Positions 1 to 15,346 of a DNA stretch of 64,000 bases are shown one piece after another. Source of the stretch: Thalia democratica (taxonomy: Eukaryota); NCBI GenBank assembly GCA_965202585.1, contig OZ241828.1, forward strand, positions 53,630,001-53,694,000, given 5' to 3'. How positions within the stretch are numbered: the stretch's first letter is position 1; each line of letters begins with the position of its first letter. The notes under the pieces were generated by a model. The model had not been told where the DNA came from, searched no databases, and was given only the letters and a program-made list of their open reading frames with translations. The position numbers and the translations under genes are program-made.

Positions 1-1976
1 AGCTAAACATTAAAAGTAGTCTAACAAAAATTCTACACAAGTTTTCGCTAAGTAATAAGTTAAAATTTAAGAATAATGCAAAAACTGTGGACTAAACATG
101 TGTCAAAGTGCACTATTTTTTATAAGCTTTTTTGATTTTTTGAAACAAACTTTTACTCAAAATGTTAGTAGACGTGTAGTTCTAAAATATATTCAAAAAT
201 AAATTAAATTTTAAGCAGTGAAATTTTGTTTATTTCAAAATTAAAGTGGTATCTAATTAAAACAGGCATTAATCATTAGATAACTTGGAGTCCTTAATCA
301 ATTTTCAAGTTTATTTGGTTTGGTAGATGGAATTGGTTGGATCTGCAAAATCATTTTGTTTTTATATGTTCCATTTAAATTGGTAAAACGCAGTACCATA
401 AATTAGAAAAAAATGTCTAAAAATTACTTAAAACTTTATAAAAATAATTTAGTTGTATAAAATAAAAGCTAAAATACATAATAATAATTTAGTTATACCT
501 TTTGACTTTAAGGCATATGCATATCAATAAATTTTATTTGTATAAAAAGTTTTAATTTAAAACACAAATATTGACTTGTCGTTGTTTTTTAAAATAAATA
601 GTTATAAAAAACTTGTATGGCTTGTTTTACTGTTTTTTAATAGATACTGACTTTTTTTTTTGGTAAATTTCAAAAGACAAAATTATTAAGTTATGTACTG
701 TAGAACAATCAAAATTTTTAGTTTATGATAATATTTCAATTAAATAAACGTATACTTATTTTTTTCCGAAATACTTTTATTACTACAATACAGTTTAAAA
801 CTACAAAAAGGGTTAAAAAAAACGAATTAAAAGAGTATTAGAGTTAAAAAGGATGCTTCTATATGTTTTTTTTACATTGGTATTCATTGAATTTTTTTTA
901 TCGGTGAATAAAGAAAACATATACTAATTTTTTGAGGTTAATGTCTCTCAAAATTAAAAAAGAACAGACATAATACCTTATAGTATTAAAAGAATTCTTT
1001 TATAAAAAAAAGAGTTTAGCACAAAATATTTTTTTTAAAGTTATAAAACGTTAACAAGCTTACGAGAATTTAATTAAGCAGTTAAGAAATAATCCGCTTT
1101 ACAGGGCTAAAGATTAACTTAAAAGTTTATAGTTAAAGATACTTCAAAAAACTTTATGTGTTTCTTTATTGATAAAAGGACTTGTTTTTAAATTATTATT
1201 ATATCTTATGGTCAATATATAAACCTTAATTTATATAGTATACTTGTATTGTTACAATTTTCTATTTCTTGCATACTTGAATGTCTTGTTTTTTCTGTAA
1301 CATGTAAGAAATTTTTAGTAAATTAAAAACCTAATAACATGCCAAACTATAAGCAATCATAAAAAGAATTTGTAATATGTGTTAACAAATTTTACTGAAA
1401 CTATATAAAAAAGTTTATTTCTAAAACAACTTTTCTAAGTTAAAGACTCTGAACACGTGATTAATTGAAAAAAATACTCAATAAACTAAGTAATGATTTC
1501 AAAAGAACTAAAAAGCGAATTTTTAACTTTAAAAGTTTATAAAAAACAGTGAAAGTTAAAATAATAAAGTTTTTGTGTTACTTTATTTAGACAAAAACAA
1601 AAAGTTGATTTTAGTTAAAATTGAAAAGTTTTAAGGTATGACTATTGTTCTAAAAAGCTTTTGTCAATTTTTCTTATTGCCATAACACTTGTGCAAATAA
1701 CAATATGTTATCTGTTTCAACTAAAGCCCTGTTGTCTACCTAAATATCAACAAGCTGAATACAAGGTGTTTTTTCAAACAGGAAAAAGCATTTCCAAACG
1801 CCTGTCTATTGCAAAAGTAAGATAAACACAGTAATTGACTCTCACTTGCCAAGGCTTCAGCTTGAAATGTTGTATATATAAGAAATCAGTTGATTTGTAT
1901 ACACAACTTTTCACTACGATTTCCGCCGCTCGGCTCAAAACTTAATTAAGACCAGAAACCCTTGGTAGCGTTATCG

Positions 1977-2020
1977 TCTTACGGTCGGTCACCGTTCCAC
2001 TACAATTTCGCCATTTTAGC
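1977..2020 (-). promoter_or_regulatory. YY1-type motif with nearby donor; possible 5' end of a divergent minus-strand gene
   Basis: CGCCATTTT at 2009-2017 (AAAATGGCG on minus) followed on minus by cc|gtaaga at 1982. Confidence 0.3.
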
Positions 2021-2699
2021 ACTAAACTTGGAAACTGACTGTTGCTTGTTGTTTGAGTCAAAAACTGAAACTAAAAAAAAAAAATTGTAGATACGTAAAC
2101 GAGAAAAAGTAAAAAATAAAGCTCAGAAGTTTTCGATTCTGCATTAAATATGTAAAACAACTAAACTTTGAAAATCCTGTTTAGTTGTTGTTGTTGTTTA
2201 AGTGTGTATTTTTATTATTTTGTTATGAGGTACTTTCAGCATAAGCTGTCGGAGCTGACGACCGTGTAACACGCAAAATACGTGGGAAAAAAACAAACAA
2301 AGATGAATCAAACTTTCACATTATAACTTGCTATAAGCCAAAAAATTGCTAAAAGTTTAGTGTTGATTTTTTTAAAAGTTTAGCTAAATTGCTATTTGAA
2401 TTTTATTAAAAATGATATTTTGTAAAAATATTGTTAAAAAGTAAACTTTATAAGTTTTGTTTTAAATCAAGACAAATTAAGAACCTGAAACAAGTCTACA
2501 CTTGTGAGTGCACACACTGATTATAATAAGACAAGTTTGTTTTTCGAAAACTAAGTAACAATTTAAAAATTACATTTTTCTGCTACACCGTTAAATTTAA
2601 AACTTTAAATGTTATCAAGTATTTTAAAAATGTGTAAAAATATTAGCTTTTATTTAAAGTAAGCTTAGTGCGACTAAAACTAGTCGAAAAAATTCAAAA

Positions 2700-3192
2700 T
2701 ACACCTCCCGGATCGCTTTATTGATTCATACAAAATGTTCTTAAGTTTAACTTTTAACCTCAAAAACAAAACAGACCTTTCGCGTAATCTATGCCACATT
2801 TATTGTCTCGGAAGCCGTTACACATTGCGCAGTCACCGGCGCGCGCGAAACACCTTCGGACATTTTACGTCAGGCTGGCAAAACTCGTGTTCAAAGGACA
2901 GAAACAAACAGCAACGAATTATACTTTCGATTTCTCACGATTTGCGAGCATGAGGTGTTTGGCGAAGGTTGAGCTAAATACACACGACGACGCATGCAAC
3001 AAAGGAAACGGTCAAACAATAATTCTTTCACTGAGCAGCCTTATTTACTAACTACTCCCCGCTTACAAAGGCCCGGGGCAATAACATTGGGTTTTGAGCT
3101 CAACCGGGCTTTGGTGCTGTGTGTCTGGTGATTGACGCTAAAATTGTTGATTTAGTGTAGTGTAATCAAAGAGCAAGCCATAAGAAGTACTT
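2700..3192 (+). promoter_or_regulatory. GC/CpG-rich promoter-like island with possible non-coding first exon
   Basis: CpG-rich patch (ccggcgcgcgcg) in AT-rich background ending at a consensus donor tt|gtgagt (3193); no credible ORF. Confidence 0.35.
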
Positions 3193-6100
3193 GTGAGTAA
3201 TCGTTTGATTAGGAATATTTTTAATCCAAAAAAGTATACACATAGAAGCAGCTAAAATATTAACAAAGAAGGAAAAGTTATGCAGTTTGGTGATTGAAAT
3301 GGTATATTCTGTGCGAGAAAAATAGTTTATTCTTTCTTTCTCAAATAGGATACTGCTATTGATTTAACGCCGTAAATTACACGAGTTTTAACCGAAAGAA
3401 AATAAATTAATTTCGTATAAAACATATTGTGGCAGAACAAAGAACGAATAAAGCGCAATTAAAAACGCGATGAGCCATTAGTGATATATAGGCAACATTT
3501 TGCCTTGTGCCATTAGCCCAAATAATTCAAATCGTTTATGTGTGCAATATTTATTTTTGTTGCTGCCAAAAAGCATATGTACCCGGTTATTTTACAATTA
3601 CGCTTAGAGTTTTTTTTCTCCAACGAATTCTTAGCGTTGTTTTTGTAAGACATTTGCTTTTATTACATAAAACTAAAAAATAAAACAATCGATTTTTTTA
3701 CACAAGCTTCTTTGATTACTGCAGTATTTTGATTGCGCTTCAGTACAATATTTAAAATCGTTTTACGTATATTATAACGTGTTTTTGTAAATTTGATGAA
3801 GAATTTCAAGTGCAGGTTAATGACCTTCAGGTTCGATGTTCGCGTTTTGTGAGGAGGTTTTGTGTTTAATTGTCTGTGAAAACTTGGTGTAAGCAAATGC
3901 TATGTAAGTGATTTGATTTAGTTTAAAAAATATAACTAAATTTAACTTGTTTAAAAAAATTTTAATTAGCAGCTTTGTCTGAAAAAGTCTTCCATTGCAT
4001 GTTGATTAAGTAGTAAAGTAGAAAATTGAAAAAAACCTTATTCAAATGCTTAAAGTATTTTTAGTGCACAAGCTTTATTTTAAAAACGTTGACTAAAATT
4101 TGTGCTTAGTGTTTGTCAAAACAGCGAAAAATAAAATTCAACGTATAAAATATAAAACTTGAAGTCTAAAAGAAATTTAAATAAATTTGTTCAAATGTTT
4201 TTTTTATAGCAAAAATACTAAGACCAAGTAAAATTAAAAACAAAGAAGCAAGCAATTGGTGAGACAGCAGCAATAAATCTCAAAGTAGCAGATGAAAGTG
4301 AATTAAGAAGATACTTATATTGAATAATTCGAGTAATCCATCAAATGTTGCGATCTCTTAAGAGCCTTAATTTATCATTAAAGAAGAAAAATAATAGCTC
4401 ATACAGTATGGTCTATCGCAAACGTCGTTATTTATAAACAGCGTAATTTTCTGCAGAGCATAATTAAATTTTGATACATTAAGTAAAATTGGTTCAAGCT
4501 GACAGCCTTAGCCTTACAACCTATTATTTATGTAGTGTAAAAATAAAAATTATTGAACATCTTGAACTAGTGTGATCTAAACAAAAATTAATCAATATTG
4601 TTTGAAATAGTCTTAAAAAACTGTAAAATAAATAAATCATTTCGTTTAAATAATGGTTTGTAGTTACAAATTAATTTTTTTGTTTGAATTTTATTTATCA
4701 GTTATATGTTACTTCTTATTCTCTACATTACATAAAAATGTTCTTTTTCGAAATAAAGTCATGTTTTCAAAAATTAAACAAGTTTTTAATTAAGAACTTC
4801 TAATGACCTTTTAAGTTATCAACAACGTAATCTCAGAATCATTTGACAGTGTGCATTTAAGATTAGTGGCAGGCTTAATCTTAGTTAAAAGAAAATCTAA
4901 TCAGCAGCACGCTACATGTAGTGATTCGAATTCTGATTCTTAGCAGAAATGCTTCCTATAAAAGATAATATCAATGAACTCTGTTTAACTTTTTGGAATG
5001 TGTTTGTAAAATTTAGACTTGAAGAGGGTATATTGAAATTTTATAGTCGAAGTACTTTCTACTATACTGTTGTAAAACTGTATAAGTATTTTTTAATTTT
5101 TAGCACAGGTTTAACTCATTAGCGCAAAAATATTTCGTTCCGTGACAATGCTAAAATTCAACTTAATATTAGCATGAGAGAATAAGCTTAAAAAACTTTA
5201 GATAAATATTGTTACTGATGTAGTTTGAACTTTTCAAAAAAAATTAAATTGTCACGAAAGTATATTTGAGCAGTAAAATAAATGATAGCTGATGCTTGTA
5301 GAACGTCTTACTTTCAATTCTAGCTAATTTTTAAAGTTTACTAAGATTAAAAAACCTCGATAAACATAGTCTTTTGGTTGTCAAAAGACTTACGTGAGCT
5401 TTTTTATAATTAACTGACATTAGACAAATAAAGTTGACAAATGACATGATATTTTTTACTTAGGTTTATTTTATTTTTCAAGGTACCTTATGAGTACTGA
5501 TAATTTACTTTGAACATTTTGTTAAAGTACTTTAAAAAAATGGTTTTTATTGTATATTTTAAAATAATTTTTTAGAACTTAGAAAGTTTTCTTACGAAAA
5601 TTAAGTAAACTTTTGCGCTTAGAAAACAATTTTTTTTTAGTTTTTTAAAATACCACTTCTTATTAATCAAGTACATATATTTACACTTAGACTGAAGCAC
5701 CCGAGTTCAATTACTAAAACTGCGATCACTCAAATATTTATTAATTTCAACTCTATTTATCTTTTAAGTACAAGTTGTTCTTGATAAAAAAGTTTAAGGA
5801 AAACTGTGTAGCTTCAGAAATGAAAAAGGAATAATTTAAGGTTGAAAGCAATTTGAAAGGGGAAGACAAAGGTAATTTATCATTTTGACGTTCATTTTGC
5901 TTTTTAAACTTTTTCCTTGCATGCTTAATGTTTTATTTGTTTTTTACTCAAAAAGCTAGCTGCCTTAGAGCCAAAGTTTTAAAGTATGCGTAATAAGTGT
6001 TTTTACTACTTAACTGATTGTATGAACTTCAAATAGTTTTGTTTAATATCTGAAACTTATAAAGCTTTGAAAACCAAGATTTTTTTTAACAACTTGCTTA

Positions 6101-9100
6101 AAAATAAACGTGAAAATTCGTGTGTTTTATTTAACGTATACTTTATTTTATAACACACTTAATGTTAAATATGTAAAATGCAAAAAAAAAAAACTCAATA
6201 TAGAGTTTAAGTTAAAATATGTTAAAAATCTTTCATAATTGATGATGTTATTTATATTGTAGTTTTGTAATTACTGTCTTAAGAACGTAAAACAGTATAG
6301 CTAAGAATAGTTGTTTAAAACATTAAAAATAAGTTTTATTAATACGAGATAATAGGTAACTTTAAAATATTCATTAGCTATTTATGTTTTAAATCAACTT
6401 GTTGTATAAAAAGAAATATATTGAAACACTTTTTTGAATAGTTAAAAATATCAAAATTAAAAAAATCAAGTAATTACAGATTTGTTTGACTCTAATCTCT
6501 TTATCAATAGTCATAAGGAGCATATGCATGATTTAGTGGCAATTAATTTGTCTCGGCATCTTGAGGAGCACTTAATCTTGCTTCTGCTCTCAAAACTCTC
6601 TCTGGCAAATTATTAATGACACAGCCTCGTCGACGACAAACGAATCTGAACAAATATTGTCCTAGCCACCACATGAGAAAGTTTGTTTTCCAAAAGTCAC
6701 ATATGGCTAATCATTAAGCTCAATAAGCAGAATAGCTACTCTAATGCTTTGCAAAGCTTAAGATTTATGTAACACATTTTGAATTATTTGCTGAAAATAA
6801 GTTAAGGATTTTAGACTCATACTTTTCTATTCAAGTTGTTTTTTCAAACAACCAGTGAAAATGCAAAACTTCATACAGAATACCAACTTGTATGCACTTT
6901 TTGCACGAATAACTTCATTCTTTTCAACGGATAAGAAATACTTTTGTTAAGAAACTTGTAGCTGCTTTATTCTCGCTACTCAAGTGTAAACAAGACCGGA
7001 AACGAGAACAGCACCTGAAGCCACGAACAGTGCGAGCTTGAAGCGCTTTGGAGTGCTCAACAGGCTTTTCTGCGCTCTCAAATTAGCAACATAATGAAGT
7101 GGCGACTGGGTAGCTGGGGGGTTGTCACAAGTGCTGGAGTGTTTGAAAAGTAGACAGCCCTCCATTGTTGAGCTGTGTATTGTGCGCTCGAATTCCACGC
7201 CTCGCACACAACAAATTGCTGAATTGTTTTTTATTGTAAAGCAAACATGTCCTTATTTGGTTTTTAACTTTATATTTCATACTAATGTACAGCCATTCTA
7301 CGAGCTTCAGAATTTACTTTCAAGCTATTTAAGAAAATAAGCAATTGTGTGTAATAGATAAAAAAAAACTAAATCGATATTAGGTAAACGTTTATATTAT
7401 CATAAAAGGAGTTAACTTAGATTTTTTTAACAACTTTTTGCAAAATACAGAACTTAAACACTTCAACTTATATAAATTTGGCTCTTTCCCACCCTAACTG
7501 CACAATTACTACGTCATAATGATAAAAACTTCCGCTTCAAAACAATCTCTTTCGAATCTAGAGCTGTTAGTCATTTTTATATAAAATTATACTTTAAGTA
7601 TGATAACAGGACAAAAAATTATTTACAAAACTAATAAATTCTAAAGCTTTCGTAGAAAAATTATTTCAGGAAATTTAGTTTCAAGAAACATTATACTTAA
7701 TGTATTATATTTACAAAATACTCATATACTTTTATTGTTTTTTTTTATGTTTAAATATACCTAAAAGATGAATACATTTTTCAAGTTGACGTTGTTTCAT
7801 AAATACACGTCAAGACATCCAATAAATGTTTACTTTCAGTGTGGCTTTCGCCTTTGTTTTCATATTTACAGGCGAATTTGCACGGATTGCCATTGCGAAA
7901 AAGAGCTGAGCTTTTTTTTTTCAGTCTTGCAAGGTTAAACAAGATCTGAAAATCGCTCCAAACTTGGATCGTCGTCTAAGCAATAAGTTGTCACAACACC
8001 GAAGCAACCAAATCGCAGTTGAACGGCGTGACGGAATGGCTGTCAAGTTTGGACGTTTCGCACTTTCAACTTTCAGGCGCCCTGCAAACTGCGACTTGAT
8101 ATTTCGCTTGTCATCCCCGCACGGAGTCGCGAAGGCGTTTGATGTGCCGCGACGTTCGTATCGCAAAGTTTCTTCGATGTTCGCTTTTTTTATTATTCTG
8201 GACTTTTTGCAAATCTTGAAATACTCGGGGTATAAAAAAAAACTAGAGTCTGATTATGTTTTTCAGATAAATGTTTACTGTATTTTTATGAAGTTTAAAA
8301 GGTAAAACAAAATATGCTAAATAAGTTTAGCTTGTAAAGTATCATTAAAAATGTTATATAGAATTAAATTGACTAAACAAAAAAGACAAACTTGAAACAT
8401 TATATCTGGTACATAACAGTAGATTATAACTTTTATTGTAAAAAAATCGTTTAAGATTTAGAGTACGTTAATTCAATACTAACTATAATCGATATTAAGT
8501 TAATAAATAGTATTAAAAAGCTTTTAATAACTGAACAAAGACGGCAAAAAGTAATTTGTACTTTTCTGTGTCCACAACCGAACTCGATTAGCCAAATCAG
8601 ATTACTTTAAATGGTATTTGGAGAACAAGGTTCAAAAAGCGAGAAATCCTTTTATGTTCTGCTGCCTATTGTACTCGCTCATAATCTACATTGTAAGGAG
8701 TCGGAGTAGCACATCACTGCACAGCACTTATCTCGCAGCTACAAGTTTTTCTGCTAAGAGAGCCCACGGCCCTTTTTGTTTTCTATTTGCTTTTCGGCAC
8801 GGCCTCATGTTTGCCGATTGTCATACTTTTTATTGAGCTTTTAGCTGGGATCATTCGCCTAACTTATTATTGCCTCGGTAGATTATCTGCCGCGATACGT
8901 TTTATTTGCTTGTTTGCTGAAAAACTGAATTGGACAAATGCTTTTAAACAGTTTAAGTATTTAAAATAATTGGCTGATGTCAAACTTTTGGGCATTTGTA
9001 AAAATTATTTAATTTTTACAAGCTACCTAGAAAAATAAACTTTATTTAAACTAAATTAAGCTATAGTATTTGCACACTACAAATTAATTTTTAATTTATT

Positions 9101-11270
9101 GGATTAACAATACGGAAATAAAACAAATCATAAATAAAAACGGCTAATAAAATTTTATTTAGCATATGGTAGTTATTGAAGATAATTTCATGAAAGAGTT
9201 GGTTCACTAAAACGCTTTTATAATATTTTAATTTTTTAATGTTAACGTTAGTTTAAAAAACTTTCTATAAGTTGGTTGATTGAAAAATATGTAATTAAAC
9301 TTAAAGCGGCACTGTTTACTATTTTATTTTTCGAAGTTTAAGCAGTCGTTTTAAAGGAAAATAACTTACAATAATATCAAATAATTATTTTAAGAAAAAA
9401 AGGAGAAGCTAATATTGTTATGACTTTTTGTCTTAACTGCTTGCAGTTGTACTAAAGTTATGAGCACTTAAGACTTCACTTTATAAATCAGTGAACTAAA
9501 ATATTTCGAAGCATTACTTTTGATATATAACGTTTTAAAATTTTAAATAAAGCTAGTAAAAACAGATTTTTATATATGTTTTTTTTGTAACATTGATTTG
9601 GAGTATTTTGACAACAAAACTGGTATTAGTATTGTAAAAAGTTAGAAACGTAAAGCATTAAGTCTGACTTAAGTATGACTCTTGATATGCCTTTTCTCTG
9701 TGTTGTAAAAATACTTTCGTTTTATTGTTTTGCTAAACAGTTTTCTCCTTTAAATCAAAACGTATATGAACAAAAACGGCAACTGTTTGACAAAAGACTG
9801 GTAAACATTGTAAAATTCTAAACAGTGATTCATTAAAAAGTAGTAAAAGTTTTATTACCAATAAATACCTAGTGAAAAGTGGTTACACATAGTATATTTA
9901 CATATGTAAAGGTGTCCTGTTTTATAATTTTAAAATAACTAAACGTAATGTTTTATGAACAAAATTCGCTATCAAAAATTATAGACAGCTTGATTTCAAG
10001 AGAAAAACTACGTACAATTCAAGCTTCTGTTTACGAAACAGCATCTAGTCGATGTGTTTAAAACTTTTTGTAAATTGCAAAGCTGATTAAAACAGAAATA
10101 TGTGTATTGATTGACATGATTAAATAATTTTGTTTTGCTTATGTCCTCTTACTCATATTTCATTATATTCATTGATCTTATCTCGCATGTACAAAAACTT
10201 CATCTAAATTAATTTTTGTGTTACTTTTCTTTCTTGTTACATGTCACAGGTACTTAGTGTTAACGTAAGCTTAAAAAACCAAAAATCGTTTTAAAAACAC
10301 AGTTCATACAGTTTTGTAGCTTTAACGTTTTGTTTTGGTAAATAAAATTAAGCTTTACTACTTTAATAAAATATGGTATATGAAAGATAAACAAATAAAT
10401 GAACACTCATATATAGATAGTAGAAAAAGAAGTAAAGTATGTTCAAAAACTTATTTTTTAATGGTTACTAGAATAAGCTGTGACAAATGCAAAAAAATTA
10501 CACAGGATTACTGACGGATACCAAGCCTTGGTAACCAGCAATCTTACAAATCACTAAATTGTAGCATTGGTTAGCTAATAACAGAAATCACAAAACCTGT
10601 GGCTTGTAAGAACCATATAATTATAATTTGTGAACAAGCTGACCACTATACTTAGTCTTTTTAAGACATTCAAATTGCTTTCACATAATTCAAAAAAGAA
10701 AATTTCCCATCAAAAACATTAATAAATTAACTGTTTTATACATATATTTTTTGTTATTAAACATAGCTACAACAAATATTTTATTTAGAATAGTATCGGC
10801 TAACATATTTCAGAAAATTTAGCATTTTGCATGTTTATTTTTTTTAATTTGTACTAATGATGTAGTTTGGTTTTGTTTTTCAAAGTAAACTAGTAGTTTA
10901 CATTAAAAATTTGCTTATAACTAAACGACTTTTTAATTATATCTTTTGTGATAAAACTTTTTAACTAATTTTCAGAAAATTGTAGCTTAAAATTAACTAA
11001 ACGTTTGCAACAATTAAAAAAAAGTTTAAATATTAATTTTGAAAAGCAATACCTTTTGAGATAAAAGATTTGTAATTAACTTAAAGAAAATCAAATAACA
11101 AAAATAACTAAACATTAACAGTCATTTTAACAAATATTTTGGTTCTAATATTTATGTAAACTTTTTTTGTTTAAGTTATTTGTTTTTAACGAAAATAAAA
11201 AATCACATAAATATTACATGTAAACTATCATTTTCTATTTTAAGTTTTTAAACTACGTCGTAAAAACATG

Positions 11271-11315
11271 GTGTTTGACAAGTTTGGATTTTATCGTCTA
11301 TTGGAGCGAAAAAAA
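11271..11315 (+). repeat. Short interspersed repeat, copy A
   Basis: 38/45 ungapped identity to the reverse complement of 56780-56824 (hand alignment). Confidence 0.7.
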
Positions 11316-14300
11316 GTGGTCAGCTGGGATTAGGATGGATGAAAAAAACGCTTTTAAACTTAATGCAACGCAGTAATCATACGAACTTCGACTGCTTGTT
11401 TACCATTTAAGTTAAATTACTTTCTCTTAAGGTTGATATTTTAATTCGCCTGTCTATGAAATAAGCAGTATGCTGTCCAGGAGACTTTTACAACCTACTA
11501 GGCTAGCTATCTATTCTATGTGTATATAAGCATATCTTATTATTTTTTGTTAAATTAGCACACTTAGTTTTAAGCATACGTTTGTAATTAGGCAGATATA
11601 ATTTAACTTGTAGCATAAATTTTGATAAATTAGCACAGAAAAGTATAAAGAAGAAAAATAAACATTTTTTAAAATTATAACTAAATATTGTATCTATAAA
11701 AAGAAGTATAAAAAATATTAGAAAATTGAAAACTTCAAAGACTTACTTTCTTATAAAAAAGATTAGTATTTATCTCAAAAGCATTTACTTTCGTAAAAGA
11801 TGATGATGGCTAAAAATCTGAATCTGTAAAATTTAAAATACTAGTTTTTAGTCAATCAATGGTCTATTTGCAATTTTCATTATAGCTAATTCGTTTTAAA
11901 CAATCTAATGTTTACTGTTGTTCATAAAAAGACACTGTTGCCAGTCCTTCCGCGTGGTTCCCACCCTTTCTTACGTCATAATAAAACATAGGGGGTCTTG
12001 TTGTGACTCTTTTCCAATTGAGCGGCCAACCAAAGCAAGAAATGGTCTTCGCCGGAGCCTGAAAGCTGTAACCCGAGTAGAACGTGTTTTGGGTTCAGCA
12101 GAAAATTTTCTGACCCCAGAAAGATTTTGAATCGATCTCAGCGATTTTACTAGCTTTATTGAGCGCAATTTGCAAACTAAAACACACTTAAGCGTAATTT
12201 GATTTTCTTGTTTGACTGTAAACATTGGTTGGCCGGCTCTAAATTTTTTGTTTGCTCTTTTTGATTATTGTTTGGGTCAGAGGCCTTTTTTTTCAGACTA
12301 TCCATCTTAGACAATGATTTAACTTACGTCTATAAAATGGTTTCAACTTTTATTGAGCTAGAAGTTTTTATTGTTAGGAGTAGAAGTTGAAAGTACATAC
12401 TTTAAGCATCATGATTTTTACTAAAAAAGTGGTTTAAACTTAAATTTTTTTTATTCTTGATTTAGAATTTTTTTTTTACAAAACAAAATTTCTCACCTAA
12501 ATTTGTTTTATTTAATACAGTTTAATGGAGAATAATGATAAACGTTATATTTTTAGTACTTATTTAAGCAGAAATATCGGTATTTTTAAATTTAAAAAGC
12601 TTAGAGATTTAGTTTATAACAGATTAGGTATTATTTGTGTTTAAGGTATGAACTTTTTTATGTCGTGTTATATTTCCAAAAACTAAAAAAAAATTCAAGT
12701 CATACTTTTTATCATATATTGAATTAAGCAACAGTAACTATAAATAATACGAGAAATATATACTAGTCTTAAAGTTACATTGGATCAATAAAGATTATTA
12801 CTTACAGCACCGATCAAAATAGTTTTAGTTAAAAACCTTTGTAAAATTTTAGTTTAAACTTTGTACTTTTCAAGTGTAAAAATCACTCAAGTACAAACGA
12901 TTGTTTAAAACTTAATTAAGGAGCTTAATTTTGTCACACACTTTGATACACTTGAGCGTTAGTGTTTATTAAAGTGTAAATCGTTTAATTTTTTGTTTTT
13001 AGCAACTGATTAAGTTTTAAATAAAACAAATTTAGTTAAGAATTGGTAATTAAAAAAAAAAAAGTAAGCATTTTATTCTTTGTATACACAAAAAAAATAA
13101 TATAAACACAACTTTGTAAAAATTTATGTATTTTTTTAGTATATCAAAAAAAAAGAAAAACAATGAGAAAAGTCAATTAATGTTTAATGATTTTTTTTGT
13201 TCAGTTGATAATAAATAAAAAAACTAAGACTTATTTTTTAAAATATTATAAATTAAGTTGTACTTTAAATTTAAAAGCTAAAAATACAGTATGAAAATTA
13301 AAAAAAAGTTGCTAAACTTCCTTATAAAAAGAAAAACAAACAAAATAGATACTGCACATGAGTCAAAAACTGACAGACCTGCATTTCAAATTGAGGGGTT
13401 GAAATTTTGATAAGCTGTAAAATTTAGCAGTTATAAAATAAAACTGCTGTGATGTTAGGTTAATATAAGATAGAATGCAATAAAGTGACAGTCAGCTTTT
13501 TGGGTGGCATTTCAAGTCAGTTTTACGACACAGTGGTCAATTCAAATCATGAGCTGAGAATTGAGCTTCAGTTTTGATTTTACGACTGCTTTTTATGCTT
13601 AACCACTACCTTTTCATGTTTGCCCTTTATATTTATTTTGTTGTCGTAAAATGATAAGCTTGAATCTACAACCTGCTACTCTACCTTTTACAGGGAAAAA
13701 ACTTGTTTTTTTTAAAGTCTACTGAAGCCTTAGATAAAATTCTGAAGTAGAGTTGTGCTTTGCTGTATTAAAGTAGATATCATTAAAGCAAATACTTATA
13801 GTTTTTAATTTCAAGAAAAATTAAATACTTTTACATTTATACTGCGCAATCACATACTTTGACTTGATTGGTTGCTTGTGATTTAAAAAAGTTTAAAAAT
13901 CAACTTTCGAACAACGGCTTTAACCTTCACATCGATTATGAATAATTCCGGTTTTATAATGCGACTCGCCTGTCAAGCACTAAAAATCAAAATTTTCACC
14001 GAGAAAGATTCTTTTCTTATTTTCTTGTGTCGGCAGTATCCTGTTGGATGCACCTTTGGTCGCAAAAACTAGCCACTCTATAATCTTTTGCCATTTTTAG
14101 GTTAAATTCATTAAAATCTGCACAAGGGTCACTACCACCTGAATAAGTTGATGTAAATTAATTAAATTCTTATTGATTTTGAAGGGAAAGCTAGAAATGC
14201 CTGCTTGCTCAGAGCTGATCAAATTTTTGAATGAAAATGTGTATTTGTTTGTACATTCCAAGCTAAACAAACATTTTTGTCAAAAAGTTTACTATTGTTT

Positions 14301-15292
14301 TGTTTACAAAAAAAAAGGAAACCAGTAGCTGTTTTTATTATGTCATGTGGATTGCATAATAAAAAGATTAAAAAGGTTATAAGCCGTAACAGTTTTGATT
14401 TTTATATTTTTATATTTGTTTTTTAATTTAAAGCAAATTATTTTAAGGTTAAATTTGTTACTATAAACAAAATTTCTTAAAAAGAAAGTCAAAATAAATA
14501 AATATATATATCTAAGGAATTTTCTGTAAAAACATTATGTTTACTAATTTTTTTTTATTTTTCATTAAAGTTTTAAAACAAACTTCTACTAAACATTTTT
14601 AATTTAATATTTTTAGAGAAAGTTCCTTAGGTATATATATATTTATTTATTTTGATTTTTTTTTAAGAAATTTGCTTTTAATAACAAGTTTAACCTTAAA
14701 ATAATTTGTTTTAAGTTAGAAAACAAATATAAAACAAAAATCCTAGTTTTAACTATTTTGTATTAAAAAGTCTTTGTAAGAGTAGTGTTGAAACTTTTAT
14801 AGTTATTGAAATTTAAAAAAATTAGCCAGTTATCAAAACAATTTCAGAAACTTTTTTATACTTTATTAGTAGTAGGCCAGATTTTAGCAAAACTTCAAAA
14901 GTAAGTGTAAGCAGATACTTAAACAGGTTAACAATATTATAACAACTCTATGAACAATATCTAAAATAAATCTGTAGATAATTAACTTAAGGTTTTCTAG
15001 TGATGAACGAGTCAATCTTATTAGTTTGCGACAAAATTGTGCTTGTCGACCAAAAAGAGAGAAGTAATAATTTTCAAAAACACTCCTTGCAGTTTGTGTT
15101 TGCAGTAAACTTTTATACATAAAGCAAAAACCACCGAAAACAGCAGTTATAAAAACACAACTGAGCATAAAAAAGTCTAGTCAGATATATAGAAGCCTGT
15201 TCAGCTGTTTAGCACAAATACTTCAGAAGAACCATATGCCCCGCACGGTCTTTAATCCTATTTCGGGACGAGCTAGCTGTGTCCTGCGACAA

Positions 15293-15346
15293 ACAAAAAG
15301 CCGGTCCGGCCGGCGCACAAAAAGCGGTTAATCCACAAAAAGCGGT
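15293..15346 (+). repeat. Local direct repeat CACAAAAAGCGGT x2 plus one degenerate copy
   Basis: Exact 13-mers at 15316 and 15334; ACAAAAAGCCGGT at 15293. Confidence 0.6.

Noticed and set aside
8654-8692. MFCCLLYSLIIYI followed by a gtaagg donor
   Set aside because: Wrong phase for direct joining to the lectin exon, and gives an implausible double hydrophobic leader via 28989.
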